A stretch of 64,000 nucleotides of DNA from Macrostomum lignano. Lineage: Eukaryota. The DNA lies in assembly GCA_002269645.1 (NCBI GenBank), contig NIVC01001883.1, positions 1-64,000 on the forward strand, given 5' to 3'. The notes under the pieces were generated by a model that searched no databases, was not told the DNA's origin, and saw only the letters and a list, made by a program, of their open reading frames with translations. Position 1 is the first letter of the stretch. Every line of letters starts with the position of its first letter. Shown piece by piece: positions 12,801-24,262 of the stretch. The translations under genes and the position numbers were made by a program.

Positions 12801-15800
12801 GCCTCTGTACGCTCTTATCCCTCATCTATTCTCTCTCCTATCATCTCCAATCTGTCATGTCTAATCTCTCCACTCAATTATACTCTGTTTTCTATCATCT
12901 CTTCTCTCTTTTCTTTTCAGTCTTCTCTTTACTCTCTTCTCTGACTGATTGAATATGCCAAATCCATCAAGATCCTCTCCGCGAAGCAAAAATCCTGTCT
13001 GTGCAACTAAAAACCATCGAAATCCTCTCAGTGAAACTGGACTCCTTCGAAATCCTCTCCTTGAAACTTAAATCCATCAAAATTGTTTCCATAAAACAGA
13101 AATCAATCATAAATTATCTCCGCGAAACAGAAAGCCTCTCCGTGAAGCTGAACATGATCGAAATCCTCTCCGTGAAACTGAACACCATGGAAATCCTTTC
13201 GTGAAACTGAACATCATCGAAATCCTCTCCACGAAACAGAAATCTTCTCCGTCAGAATTTAAACATTGAAATCGTCTCCGCTAAACTTGACTTAATCGAA
13301 TTTTTTCCGTCAAACAACTCAACTCGCCAGATTCATTAGGGTTAGGGTTAGGGTTAGAACTACGCACAGCTTCGTGTTAAAAGGCACAGATAAAAATATT
13401 GAACTAATTGAATCAATTCATTGCGCAACCGATTTCACAGTCAGTCAGAATCAGCCTCAGGTAAAGTTAACAAAAACATTGCGCAATCTAAATCAACCCT
13501 CCAATACACAGCAGCAGTGAGAAGTTGAACCCTCCCCCAACAATCTTTGCAGATTAAAGTACAATCTTTGCAGAAAGTTAAAAGTATGGAAATAGTTTTT
13601 CAAATGCTGTGCTTTTTCTTTTCATATTTAAAGCAAACAACTTATATCCCCGAACTCAGCGTTGCAAGATCTTGCCAGCAATATAAGTTTCTCCTCTCAA
13701 AGTTTAAAACTCGAGGAACAGTTAGCGTTTGAAACTGTCTGATTTATAGCATTGAAGTATCGAGTGTACGTTCACTGCCTGCTTGCAAGATGATGCATTG
13801 AATTTCAATGTCCAACAAATACACAGGGCTGCCCATTGAAAGGCAGGAAAACTTATCAGTAGCCATATCATTGCGCAATTATCTATAAAGTCAGCCAGTG
13901 AGCCAGGGTCCAAGTGTACACACGCAGCCACTGAGAACGCTCCCACCCCCCACTGGAAAGAAAATACACTACAGAGATAGGGAAAAGTTGTGGCGCAATC
14001 ACTAAAAATTCATGCATTTTTTCAGCTCCAAGCAGAAAGAGGGGACAATTAAGATTATCAAAGGTCAAGATTCAAGTTTTCTGCTTTTTTGAGGATCTTA
14101 GAAATTAAAATTTCAGAATTAAAATAGCCTATAGCCGACCTCGGATTATTTCCAATCTTCCCATATAAGTTTCAACGCTGAGTTGCCACTATTCAAGGAG
14201 GAGTTGTCGAAATGACAGACAGACAGACAGACAAACAACACGTCAACTTTAGTATATAAGTGGAACTCCTCCTTCGGAGGAGAAAGGGGAAGAACTCCCA
14301 TCACCGGAATTCTATTCCCTGAAATATCCATCAACTGAAATTCCATGTCTTTAACCCTATCTTCCAAATCGTCTCCAAATTCTTTACAAAATCTTTCAAA
14401 GACCATAGCTCAAAGACTCTTACGTCTCTCATATCTACTCTCTCCTCTCTTCGCTATTATCGTGACTCGCTTCTCTCTCCTCTCTCTCATCTCATCTCTA
14501 CCCCTACTCTCTTATTTATCTCTACTCCCTTATTTATCTCTTCTCCCTCGTCTTTCGTCTGTACCCTATCCTGTCTACTCTCCTATCTTCTATCTTATCT
14601 CTCCCCTTTTCTCTCCTCTCTCATATCTAATCTCTAATCACTTATCTATCGTCTCCGCTCTACTTTCTCTCTTCTTTTTTCTCTCTTCTCTCTGCTCTCA
14701 TTTCTCGTATCTCTTATACGCTCTCACCCTCTCCTTTCTTATCTCCCATCTTTCTTCCCTCCTTTCTACTGCATCACCTGTCTCCTCTCTTCTCTTTTCT
14801 CTCCTCTCCATTCTCTCTTCTCTACTCTCATCTCCCCTCATCTCTTCTCTAATCTCTAATCTCTTCTCTCTCTTATTTTCTCACTCATCTCTTTTCTCAT
14901 TGCATCTCTCATCTCTCCTCTCTCTCTCTCCTCTCATCTGTACTATCTTTTTTATCTCTTCTCCCAGGTCTTTCAAATTTACTCTCTCCTGTCTCCTCTC
15001 TCCCCTCGTCTTTCCTCTCTCATATCTCTTCTCTACTCACTTATATATTCTCTCTCCTCTGCTCCCCTTTTACACTTTCCTATATGCTCTCACTCTCACC
15101 CTCCCCTTTCTTATCTGCTGTTTTTACACTCCTTTCTACCACCTGTCTCCTCTCGTTTCTCTCCTCTCTGCACTCTCATCTTTACCCTCTTCTTTCTCCT
15201 CACTACTTTCTTCTCTTAAATCTCTGATCTCTGATCTTTCATCTCTCTCCTCTCACCTCTCACCTCTCTCCTCTCTTTCCTCTCTTCTATTGCCTCTGTA
15301 CGCTCTTGTCCCTCCTTTCTTCTCCATCCTGTCTCCTCTCTGCAATCTCATATCTCCTCTCTCATATCCTCTCCCTTCATCTCCTCTCTCCTCTTCTCTT
15401 CTCTCTCCTTCGTTCCCGCCTTACTTTCCTCTTCTCTCCCATCTGTCATGTCTAATCTCTCCACTCATTTCTACTCTGTTTTCTATCATCTCATCTCTCT
15501 TCTCTTTTCATTCTTCTCTTTACTCTCTTCTCTGACTGATTTAAGATGCCAAATCCATCAAAATCCTCTCCGCGAAGCAGAAATCCTGTCCGTGCAACTG
15601 AAAACCATCGAAATCCTCTCCGTGAAACTGGACTCCTTCGAAATCCTCTCCTTGAAACTTAAATCCATCAAAATCGTCTCCATAAAACAGAAATCAATCA
15701 TAAATTATCTCCGCGAAACAGAAATCCTCTCCGTGAAGCTGAACATCATCGAAATCCTCTCCGTGAAACTGAACACCTTCGAAATCCTCTCCGTGAAACT

Positions 15801-18800
15801 GAACACCTTCGAAATCCTCTCCTTGAAACTTAAATCTATCAAAATCGTCTCCATAAAGCAGAAATCAATCATAAATTTAACTCCGCGAAACAGAAATCCT
15901 CTCCGTGAAGCTGAACATCATCAAAATCCTCTCCGTGAAACTGAGCACCATCGAAATCCTCTCCACGAAACAGAAATCCTCTTTGTCAAAATTAAAACAT
16001 TGAAATCGTCTCCGCTAAACTGGACTCAATCAATTTTTTCCGTCAAACAACTCAACTCTCCGGATTCATTGGTTAGGGTTAGGGTTAGGGTTAGAACTAC
16101 GCACAGCTTCGTGTTAAAAGGCACTGATAAACTATTGAACTAATTGAATCAATTCATTGCGCAACCGATTTCACAGTCAGTCAGTATCAGTCTCAGTTAA
16201 AGTTAACAAAAACATTGCGCAATCTAAATCAACCCTCCAATACAAAGCAACTGACCCCCTTCCTATACACAGCGCCAGTTGGAAGTCGAAACCCCCAACT
16301 TTATCTCTCACCTCTCGCCAAAATGAGTACAATCTTTGCAGAAAGTTTAAAGTATGGAAATAGTTTTTGCAATGCAGAGCTTTTAGTTTTCATATTTGAA
16401 GCAAACAATTTATATCCCTGAAATCAGCTTTGCAAGTTCTTTCCAGCAATATAAATTTTTTCTCTCAAAGTTAAAAACTCGAGCAACAGTTTGCGTTTGA
16501 AACTTTCTGATTTAAAGCATTGAAATATCGATTGTACGTTCACTGTCTGCTAAAGAGGCCCGCAAGTTTATGCATTGAATTTCAACGTTCAACAAAATCA
16601 CAGGGCTGCCTATTGAAAATTAGAACACAAATCTTTGCGCAATTGTCTATACAGTCAGCCAGTGAGCCAGGGTCCGATTGTACACAGGCAGCCATTTAGA
16701 ACGCCCCATCCCCCACTGGAGAGAAAATACACTGCAGAGATAGGGAAAAGTTGTGGCGCAATCACTTGAAATTCATGCAAATTTTCAGCTCCAAGCAGAA
16801 AGAGGGGACAATTAAGATTATCAAAGGTCAAGACCGCCGTTTTCTGCTTTTTTGAGGATTTTAGAAATTATAATTTCAGAATTAAAATAGCCTATAGCCG
16901 ACCTCGGATAATTTCCAATCTTCCCATATAAGTTTCAACGCTGAGTTGCCACTATTCAAGGAGGAGTTGTCGAAATGACAGACAGACACACAGACAGACA
17001 GACAAACAACGCGTCAACTTTAGTATATATAGATAGACGAGGCCAACTCCTCCTTCGGAGAAGAAAGGGGAAGAACTCCAATCAGCGGAATTCCATTCCC
17101 TGAACTCCATCAGCGGAATCCCATTTTCCAACACCTCTCCGCGCAACAGAAATCGTCTCCGTGAAACTGAACACTATCGAAATCCTCTCCGTGAAACTGA
17201 ACACCATCGAAATATTCTCCGCGAAATAGAAATCCTCTCCGTGAAACTGGACTAAATCGAAATTTCTACGTCAAATAGCCCAGCTCTCAGAATTCATTGG
17301 TTAGGGTTAGGGTTAGGGTTGACAGCTGCGTGTTGAAAGGCGCCGTAAAAACATTGAACCAATTAAATTGCGCAACTTATTTCTCAGGCAGTCAGTATCA
17401 GCCTCAGTTAAAGTTAACAAAAAGATTGCGCAATCTAAATCAACCCTCAAATACACAGCAACCGACCCCCCTTCCAATACGCAGTGCAGCTAGAAATTGA
17501 ACTCCCCCCACCAACTATTGGGGGGTCGGTCGAACCCCCATTGAACTCCAAAATGAGCACAATCTTTGCAGAAAGCTAAAAGTATGAAAATCTTTTCTTG
17601 AATGCTGTGAATTTAATTTTCATATTTAAAGCAAAAAACTTATATCCCCGAACTCATTGCAGCAAGATCTTTCCAGCAATATAAGTCTCTCCTCTCTAAG
17701 TTCAAAACTCGAGCAACAGTTAGTGTTTGAAACTTTCTGATTTTAAGCATTGAAATATCGAGTGTACGTTCACTGCCTGCTAAAGATGCTCGCAAGTTTA
17801 TGCATTAAAATGCACTGAATTTCACTGTGCAAAAAATACACAGGGCTTCCTGTTAAAAAACAGAACACAAATAGTTGCGCAATTGTCTATAAAGTCAGTC
17901 AGTGAGCCAGGGTTCAAGTGTACACACGCAGCCACTGAGAACGCGACCATCCCCCCACTTGAGAGAAAATACACTGCCAAGATAGAAAAATTTTATGGCG
18001 CAATCACTAAAATTGATGCAAATTTTCAGCTCCAAGCAGAAAGAGGGGACAATTAAGATTATCAAAGGTCAAGACCGCCATTTTCTGCTTTTTTAGGGAT
18101 CTTAAAAATTGAAAATGAAAGATTAAAATAGCCTAAAGCCATCCTCGGAAAATTTGCAGTTTTCCCATATAAGTTTCAACGCTGAGTTGCAAGTATTCTA
18201 GGAGGAGTTATCGAACTGACATACATACAGACAAACAACGCACCACTTTTAGTATTAACGAGGCCAACTCCTCCGATGGAGGAGAAAGGGGAAGAACTCC
18301 CATCACCGGAATTCCATTCCCTGAACTCCATCAGCTGAATCCCAAGACCCGAATCCCATTATCTAACTGTTCTCCAAATCCATCAAAATCCTCTCTGTGA
18401 AACTGAACACGATCGAAATCCTCTCCGCGAAACAGAAATCCTCTCCGTGAAACTGGACTCAATCGAAAGTTTCTCCGTCAAACAACTAAACTCTCAGGAT
18501 TCAGTGGTTAGGGTTAGGGTTAGGGTTGGAGCTGCACAGAGCTGCGTGTTGAAAAGGTCCGATAAAAAATGAGATAATTGAATCAAAAGATTGCGCAATT
18601 TACGCTCGTATTTCTAAGTCAGTCAGTATCAGTCTCAGTTAAAGTTAACAAAAATATTGCGCAATCTAAATCAACCCTCCATCCAATACACAGCGACCGA
18701 CCCCTTCCAATACGCAGTGGCAATTAGAAATTGAACCCCCCCCCCCAACTGTTGGGGGTCAGTCGAACACCATTGAACTCCTAAAATGAGTACAATCTTT

Positions 18801-19547
18801 TCAATAAGTTAAAAGTATGGAAATAGTTTTTCCAATGCAGAGCATTTAGTTTTCATATTTAAAGCAAACAATTTATATCCCCGAACTCAGCGTTGCAAGT
18901 TCTTTCCAGCAATATAAGTCTCTCCTCTCAAAGTTAAAAACTCCAGCAACAGTCTGAGTTTGAAATTTGCCGATTTATAGCATTGCAATATTGAGTGTAC
19001 GTTCATACGTTCACTGCCTGCTAAAGAGGCCCGCAAGTTTATTCATTGAATTTCACTGTCTAACCAATGCACAGGGCAGTCAATTGAAAGGCGCTGATAA
19101 TAAAACCAATTGAATCTCAGCACAATAGCCATATAATTGCGCTTACTTACCCACCACCCCACGAAATACACACAGTTCAATTTTTCAGCCGGGGTCCGCT
19201 TGTACACACGCTGCCACTGAGAACGCGACCAACCCCCACTGGCGAGAAAATACACTACAGAGATAGGAGAAAGTTGTGGCGCAATCGCTCAAAATCATGC
19301 AAATTTTCGGCTCCGAGCAGAAAAAGTGTCCAGAGAAGGTTAGGAAATCAGTTTTCTGCTTTTTTAGGGATCTTAAAATGTGAAAATAAAAAATTGAAAT
19401 AGCCCACTGCAGTCCCCGGAAAATTTGCAGTTTCCCCATATAAGTTTCAACGCTGACTTGCAAGTATTCTAGGAGGAGTTATGCAACACACAAACAAACA
19501 GACAAACAAACAAACAATCATCGCACCAACTTTAGTATTAGGAGAGA
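6853..19547 (-). mobile_element. Head-to-tail tandem array of six non-autonomous Helitron-like units (boundaries ~6853/9281/12080/14259/17038/18259/19547)
   Basis: On the minus strand, 5' ends read (A|TC)TATA(T)ACTAAAG followed by (TGTC/TG)n; A|TC is clear at 17033 and 19547. 3' ends carry a CTCCTCC-NNN-GGAGGAG hairpin, usually followed by ...CTCG|T (6853, 12080, 17038, 18259). Internal ~30-bp GAAATCCTCTCCGTGAAACTG subrepeats, CT-rich tracts in the first four units, and (TTAGGG)3 in five units plus the duplicate. No Rep/Hel ORF. Confidence 0.75.
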
Positions 19548-20074
19548 TAGAAGAGATAGATTCTTACAAAAAATTAAATAATTATTTTAAGATCATAATA
19601 CATAGACTCAGAATGTTTGTCGCACTTACTAAACAAGCTGCATTGCTGCGGCAGAAAGTTGGGATTGCAAAACTGCGAGCAAAAAAACCTGGGCCGCAGC
19701 AAAACTGATTCAGCGCCAGTTCACACACAACACGCAAGAACTCGCATAGAGCACGGCCTTCGTGTTTTATAAGAGTTGGCTGAATAATATGTGGGGTTTG
19801 ACGGGGCTTGAGTTTGCGGGGTATGGGGGGAGGCCCGCGTGGGGTGTGCGTACATTGTATGGAAAAAATCGATAACAGTTTAGGCCTTGGGGTGAACGGT
19901 GAAGGGGGTACACAGTGAAGGGGGCAATGTCCATATATGGAAAGAAAGAAGAGCACCATTCCACCAATAGGCAATAAAGACCGACCAACACTATCCTTCC
20001 TGGCTTTAGCACACTCATGCAACGCCCCAACCCCAAGCCAGACAACTAAAGCTTGGCCTGTCCCGGGTGGCCCC

Positions 20075-21361
20075 CACAGACCATATAGAATATAGATCAG
20101 TAAAGTGAAGAAAAAAGTGGGCCATTTTCCCCAATAAGAAACTGGTCCCTCTCACCCACCCCAGCTCGATCGATATGTGGTACAGGGCGGGCCTCTTTTC
20201 CATTGTGCTCCTATTGGACACATGCAATTGAGATACATTTTTTCTTCTTTTTTACATAAAACGCCATGAAAACCAAATACATAAAAGTAATGAAATTAAT
20301 TTAAATTACCCCGAAATGTCCTTCAAAGTCCAAGCTTTCAGATTGAAAAAAATTGCTGTGCGCAGCAGCTTCTGTCTCCTTCCTGCCTTTCTTAATAAGT
20401 GCGACATGTCTTTCGCAATTTTCTTCATGCGAATTCTGATGTAAAAAATGCTCATAACTTTCTTGACTCAATACCTGTGCTAACAGCTGCAGCTTGTGTG
20501 ACTCAATACCTGTGCAAAGTCTCTTGAACAGCGATTGAGCTTGAAAATCAGCTATCAAAGCTGGAGCGGCGAATAATCGTTTCGGTGTTCAGCAGAATAC
20601 GTATAGTTCTTGGAGTGCTTGGACGCAGAATCCTGGAAGGCATCGTACACACTTGAGATCCATTTCTGTAAAGAAGATGGATGCACGGAAGCTGGAAAAA
20701 GTTTCTCACGTATTTGTATGCCTTAGGACCGTAATAGTGCAACGTGGAAGCAAATCGCCGAACTTCAGGAGGAATTTATTTATCCTCTTGTTTTTAGTTG
20801 GCACTAGACAGCTCAACAATGAATTTGATGACAGAACCTGCAGACGGGATGCTGCAGCTTCATCCACAATATTCTTTGCCTACAGCACTCACAATTTCTG
20901 TCAGTGACTTTGACCGCGCCCTTAGTCGCTGGTGCTTCTTGTTCAGCTCCCTGAGCACAGCAATAGTTGCCACATTTTCTGGCGCTTTTCTCTTTTTTTG
21001 ATACACTATAGAAGCTGGCTGAGGCTTCATGGATAAGAATGCTTTAATTGGTTTTTTGCTGGATATTTTTGCAAGGAAATTCTAATTCATATCAAATTCA
21101 AATTCAATACAATTCAATTTCAATTCAATTCAATCAATTCAATTCAAATATAATTTACATTTATTTTGCCTCCCTGGGGTTTTAAACTTTTTATAATAAG
21201 TAAATTTTAAGCTTGAAAACTTGCACTTGCCTATTTTTTGTCCCACATATCGATCGAAGTTGGGGCTTTGTGGAAGGACCATTTTTTGTGTTGCTTTTTT
21301 GTCCCACAATGCGCCTGGGCAAGCCCCCGAGATTCGCAGTCTATATTCTATATGGTCTGTG
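20075..21361 (-). mobile_element. Internally deleted P-element/THAP9-superfamily DNA transposon (1287 bp)
   Basis: 22-bp TIR CACAGACCATATAGAATATAGA; perfect 8-bp TSD GTGGCCCC (20067-20074, 21362-21369). Frameshifted transposase remnants PEVRRFASTLHYYGPKAYKYVRNFFQLP / HPSSLQKWISSV / PGFCVQAL resemble the THAP9 N-terminal region. Confidence 0.82.
21085..21150. repeat. (AATTC)n microsatellite inside the P-like element
   Basis: Direct inspection. Confidence 0.8.
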
Positions 21362-21689
21362 GTGGCCCCTAGGGAATACAAAATTCCGCTTTGGCAATCC
21401 TAGGTTTGAAAAAGTTTTTTTTCCCAGGACCCTGGGGAAAAAGCTGCAAATTCCCTGTCTCCCCCACATTTTAAAAGTCCAGGGAATTGGCACTACCTTT
21501 GATAGTGCAATTTTGGGTTACAAAGTCATCTAATTTGATTATAAATGCACACTATATTTTACATATGGAGTGTGACAATTGTACGGGCTGGTAACAATAG
21601 ATGTGCTTTTTTACTCATGTATAAGCTCATCAAAATTGGAACATCAAGCACACTTGATTGCGATGTAAATTGGGGAATGATAGGCTCTT

Positions 21690-21895
21690 ACAGAGCTATG
21701 GCCTGACCCGAGGTACTGATACCAGGGTAGAAGGAAGGGGATCAGGCCTCACCCTCCTGAGGCACCCGCCCTAGATGTAAAATAATTGGTAGCTTGGGTT
21801 GTGGGTAGTCCAATGGCAAGGTCAAGGTCCCACTGTTCTAATCTCAGCTACGACCAAGGAGTTTTGAAGGTAGGGACTGCTTAAAGTAAGTAAAT
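21690..21895 (+). repeat. Dispersed ~200-bp repeat, possibly the 3' end of a truncated LINE (ends AAGTAAGTAA)
   Basis: A diverged second copy lies at ~24800-24990 (shared AGGTCCCACTGTT..TAATC..CAAGGA..TTTTGAA..GGACT.CTTAAAGTA). Confidence 0.4.
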
Positions 21896-22046
21896 ACCCT
21901 TATGTTACGACCTGCTAACAGCTTCTGTTTTGTATCCCTGCAGGCTGGAGCCCTATAGCCTTCTACGAGTACTCAGTAGACTACACTGCTTGCTTAGAAG
22001 ATTAAGAAATCAAAGTAGGACAACTGGGTTGATTTTCACTATACTA

Positions 22047-22619
22047 CGAGGGTCATCCCAAAAGTTCTCTGTATCACTGAATTACTCCTACAAACTGGCA
22101 CCAATTTTGAAGAAACTGCACACAAACTTGCACCAATATCTGCACACAACATTGATGAATTTTCATAAAAAAATCTCCATGCAATTAGAAATAACAAGCT
22201 GAGTTGTCCAACACCTTCAGAGCAAATGGACAGCTCTCACATTGACTTCTTTAATTGGCACAGTGCAGCTCGTGCAGCATCACCGACTGAATAGGCAAGT
22301 GTCACAAGCAGAAAAGTGAATGAACTTGACAAGAATTCCATCATTTATTCTTGAATGACTGGCTGACTCACATGACTGGTCGGTGATGCTGCACGAGCTG
22401 CACTGTGCCAGTTAAAGAAGTCAATGTGAGAGCTGTCCATTTGCTCTGAAGGTGTTGGACAACTCAGCTTGTTATTTCTAATTGCATGGAGATTTTTTTA
22501 TGAAAATTCATCAATGTTGTGTGCAGATATTGGTGCAAGTTTGTGTGCAGTTTCTTCAAAATTGGTGCCAGTTCGTAGGAGTAATTCAGTGATACAGAGA
22601 ACTTTTGGGATGACCCTCG
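22047..22619. mobile_element. Mariner/Tc1-type fold-back MITE, 573 bp, ~240-bp near-perfect inverted arms
   Basis: TA|CGAGGGTCATCCCAAAAG ... CTTTTGGGATGACCCTCG|TA. Arms 22047-22287 and 22378-22619. Confidence 0.9.
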
Positions 22620-22989
22620 TATACTACACCTTTTCACATTCAATTTTGATCAAAGTCCAGTTCTAAAAAAACTTAGTGGAAATTCAATTCAGACTGAGGA
22701 TAATTTTGTCTATGGCTAAACCTTACTTTGGTTAGGTTAGAATGTTTTGAGCTGGGGTTAGACTGGGCCCAAGTCTAAATTGTCTGAATTTAATTTCTGC
22801 TAGTTTTTTTAGAACTGGACTACTCTAGAATGAATGATTGAATTATTGAAGTGGAATCAGGATCCAGTTGGTCAATCCCAGGATTTAGGCCTAATCCCGG
22901 GATCCCAGGATTTTATTCACTATCCAGCCCAAAACCCTGGGGTCAAAATCCCCAAAAAATTTTCGGGGTCCTCAGGGAGGGCTCCCCAT

Positions 22990-23230
22990 GGTTGACATCC
23001 TAGACAGACAGACAGACAGACAGGAGACAGGATGGCAGACAGACAGGAGACAGACAGACAGACAGACAGGAGACAGGATGGCAGACAGACAGGAGACAGG
23101 ATGGCAGACAGACAGGAGATAGGATGGCAGACAGACAGGAGACAGGATGGCAGACAGACAGGAGACAGGATGGCAGACAGACAGGAGACAGGATAGCAGA
23201 CAGACAAGCAGTTCAGATAGGCAGACAGAC
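22990..23230. repeat. ~23-bp minisatellite (GACAGGAGACAGGATGGCAGACA)n
   Basis: Direct inspection. Confidence 0.85.
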
Positions 23231-23265
23231 AACCTGTCACATCACAATTTGGGTGGCATTGCAGC

Positions 23266-24262
23266 TAGGGGTCACAATCCCGGGATCCTAGGATTCACAG
23301 GGTTAGGATTCAATCCTGGAAAGTTAATGCTGTTTTTATAATGTCTGATATCCTTATAAGAAAAAGTTGAAGTCAAAATTTTGGAAGTGTGTAAGAGTGG
23401 CTAAAAATAAACTAAATTGTGCTACATATACATGTATTTTGTTTTGCATAAGCAGTAAATCAAGAGTAAAAAATGAGTTTTGGTCATACTAAATTTTGTT
23501 TTTCTGAATTTTGATTTTGGAAAATTTCAATTACGATTTTGGAAAGTTAGCAGAGTTTGATTTTGACAGTAGAATGATTTCTAATCTAATAATCCTAAAG
23601 CATGGTAAAATAATTTGACTTTTTTTCTAAAGCGCGTATTTGCAAGTTTCCAACATTTATTTCAATAAGGTCTAATATAATAGCAATTGGCAAGACAATT
23701 AGGTAAAATATAGAACATACATGCATCCATGTCCACTCTCTGCTACCCACTTTGTAAAATCTTTGATGTTTGAGAGTTCAGTCTTGTTTAAATAATTTAA
23801 CATTGATTTTAAATTTTGAACTCATCGTGCATATTGTGACAACCTTGACAACCTGAATGCCCACTGCCCAGACAGTAGTAGGTTGTGATTGTGAATGTAT
23901 ATATAGATTCATATTGCTTTGCACAGTGATACATGTACATTACATAATCTAATATATGTTATACATAATATATATTATATATGCATATTACAATATTGAT
24001 ATTATAAGTAGTAATATACTACTATAATATTAATTATACTACAAGTATATTAACATCATTGTTATAATGTTATATATTACATTACCAGCCTAGCATTACT
24101 CCTTTAGCTCCTACCATAATTGTAGGTGTTATAAAAATGTTAGTCGCAGCATTTTTATGACACTATAACAATTTTATAACAAGGATGGTACTGGAAAATA
24201 TTGATCTTGGGATTAATCCTGGGATCCCAGGATTGACAGAATATGGGATTTTGTGACCCCTA
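23266..24262. mobile_element. hAT-type MITE
   Basis: TIR TAGGGGTCACAA(T/A)..CCC / GGGATTTTGTGACCCCTA; 8-bp TSD ATTGCAGC / AGTGCAGC (7/8 match). Confidence 0.75.

Noticed and set aside
9368-16143. Long Ser/Leu-rich ORFs (9368..10558, 12167..12952, 14345..15535, 15448..16143)
   Set aside because: Translations of CT-rich tracts and 30-bp subrepeats inside the Helitron units; no domain signal. The same applies to 33751..34798.
7873-18526. True telomere or chromosome-fusion scar
   Set aside because: Only three TTAGGG units per site, all in the same orientation and at a fixed position in a repeated element.
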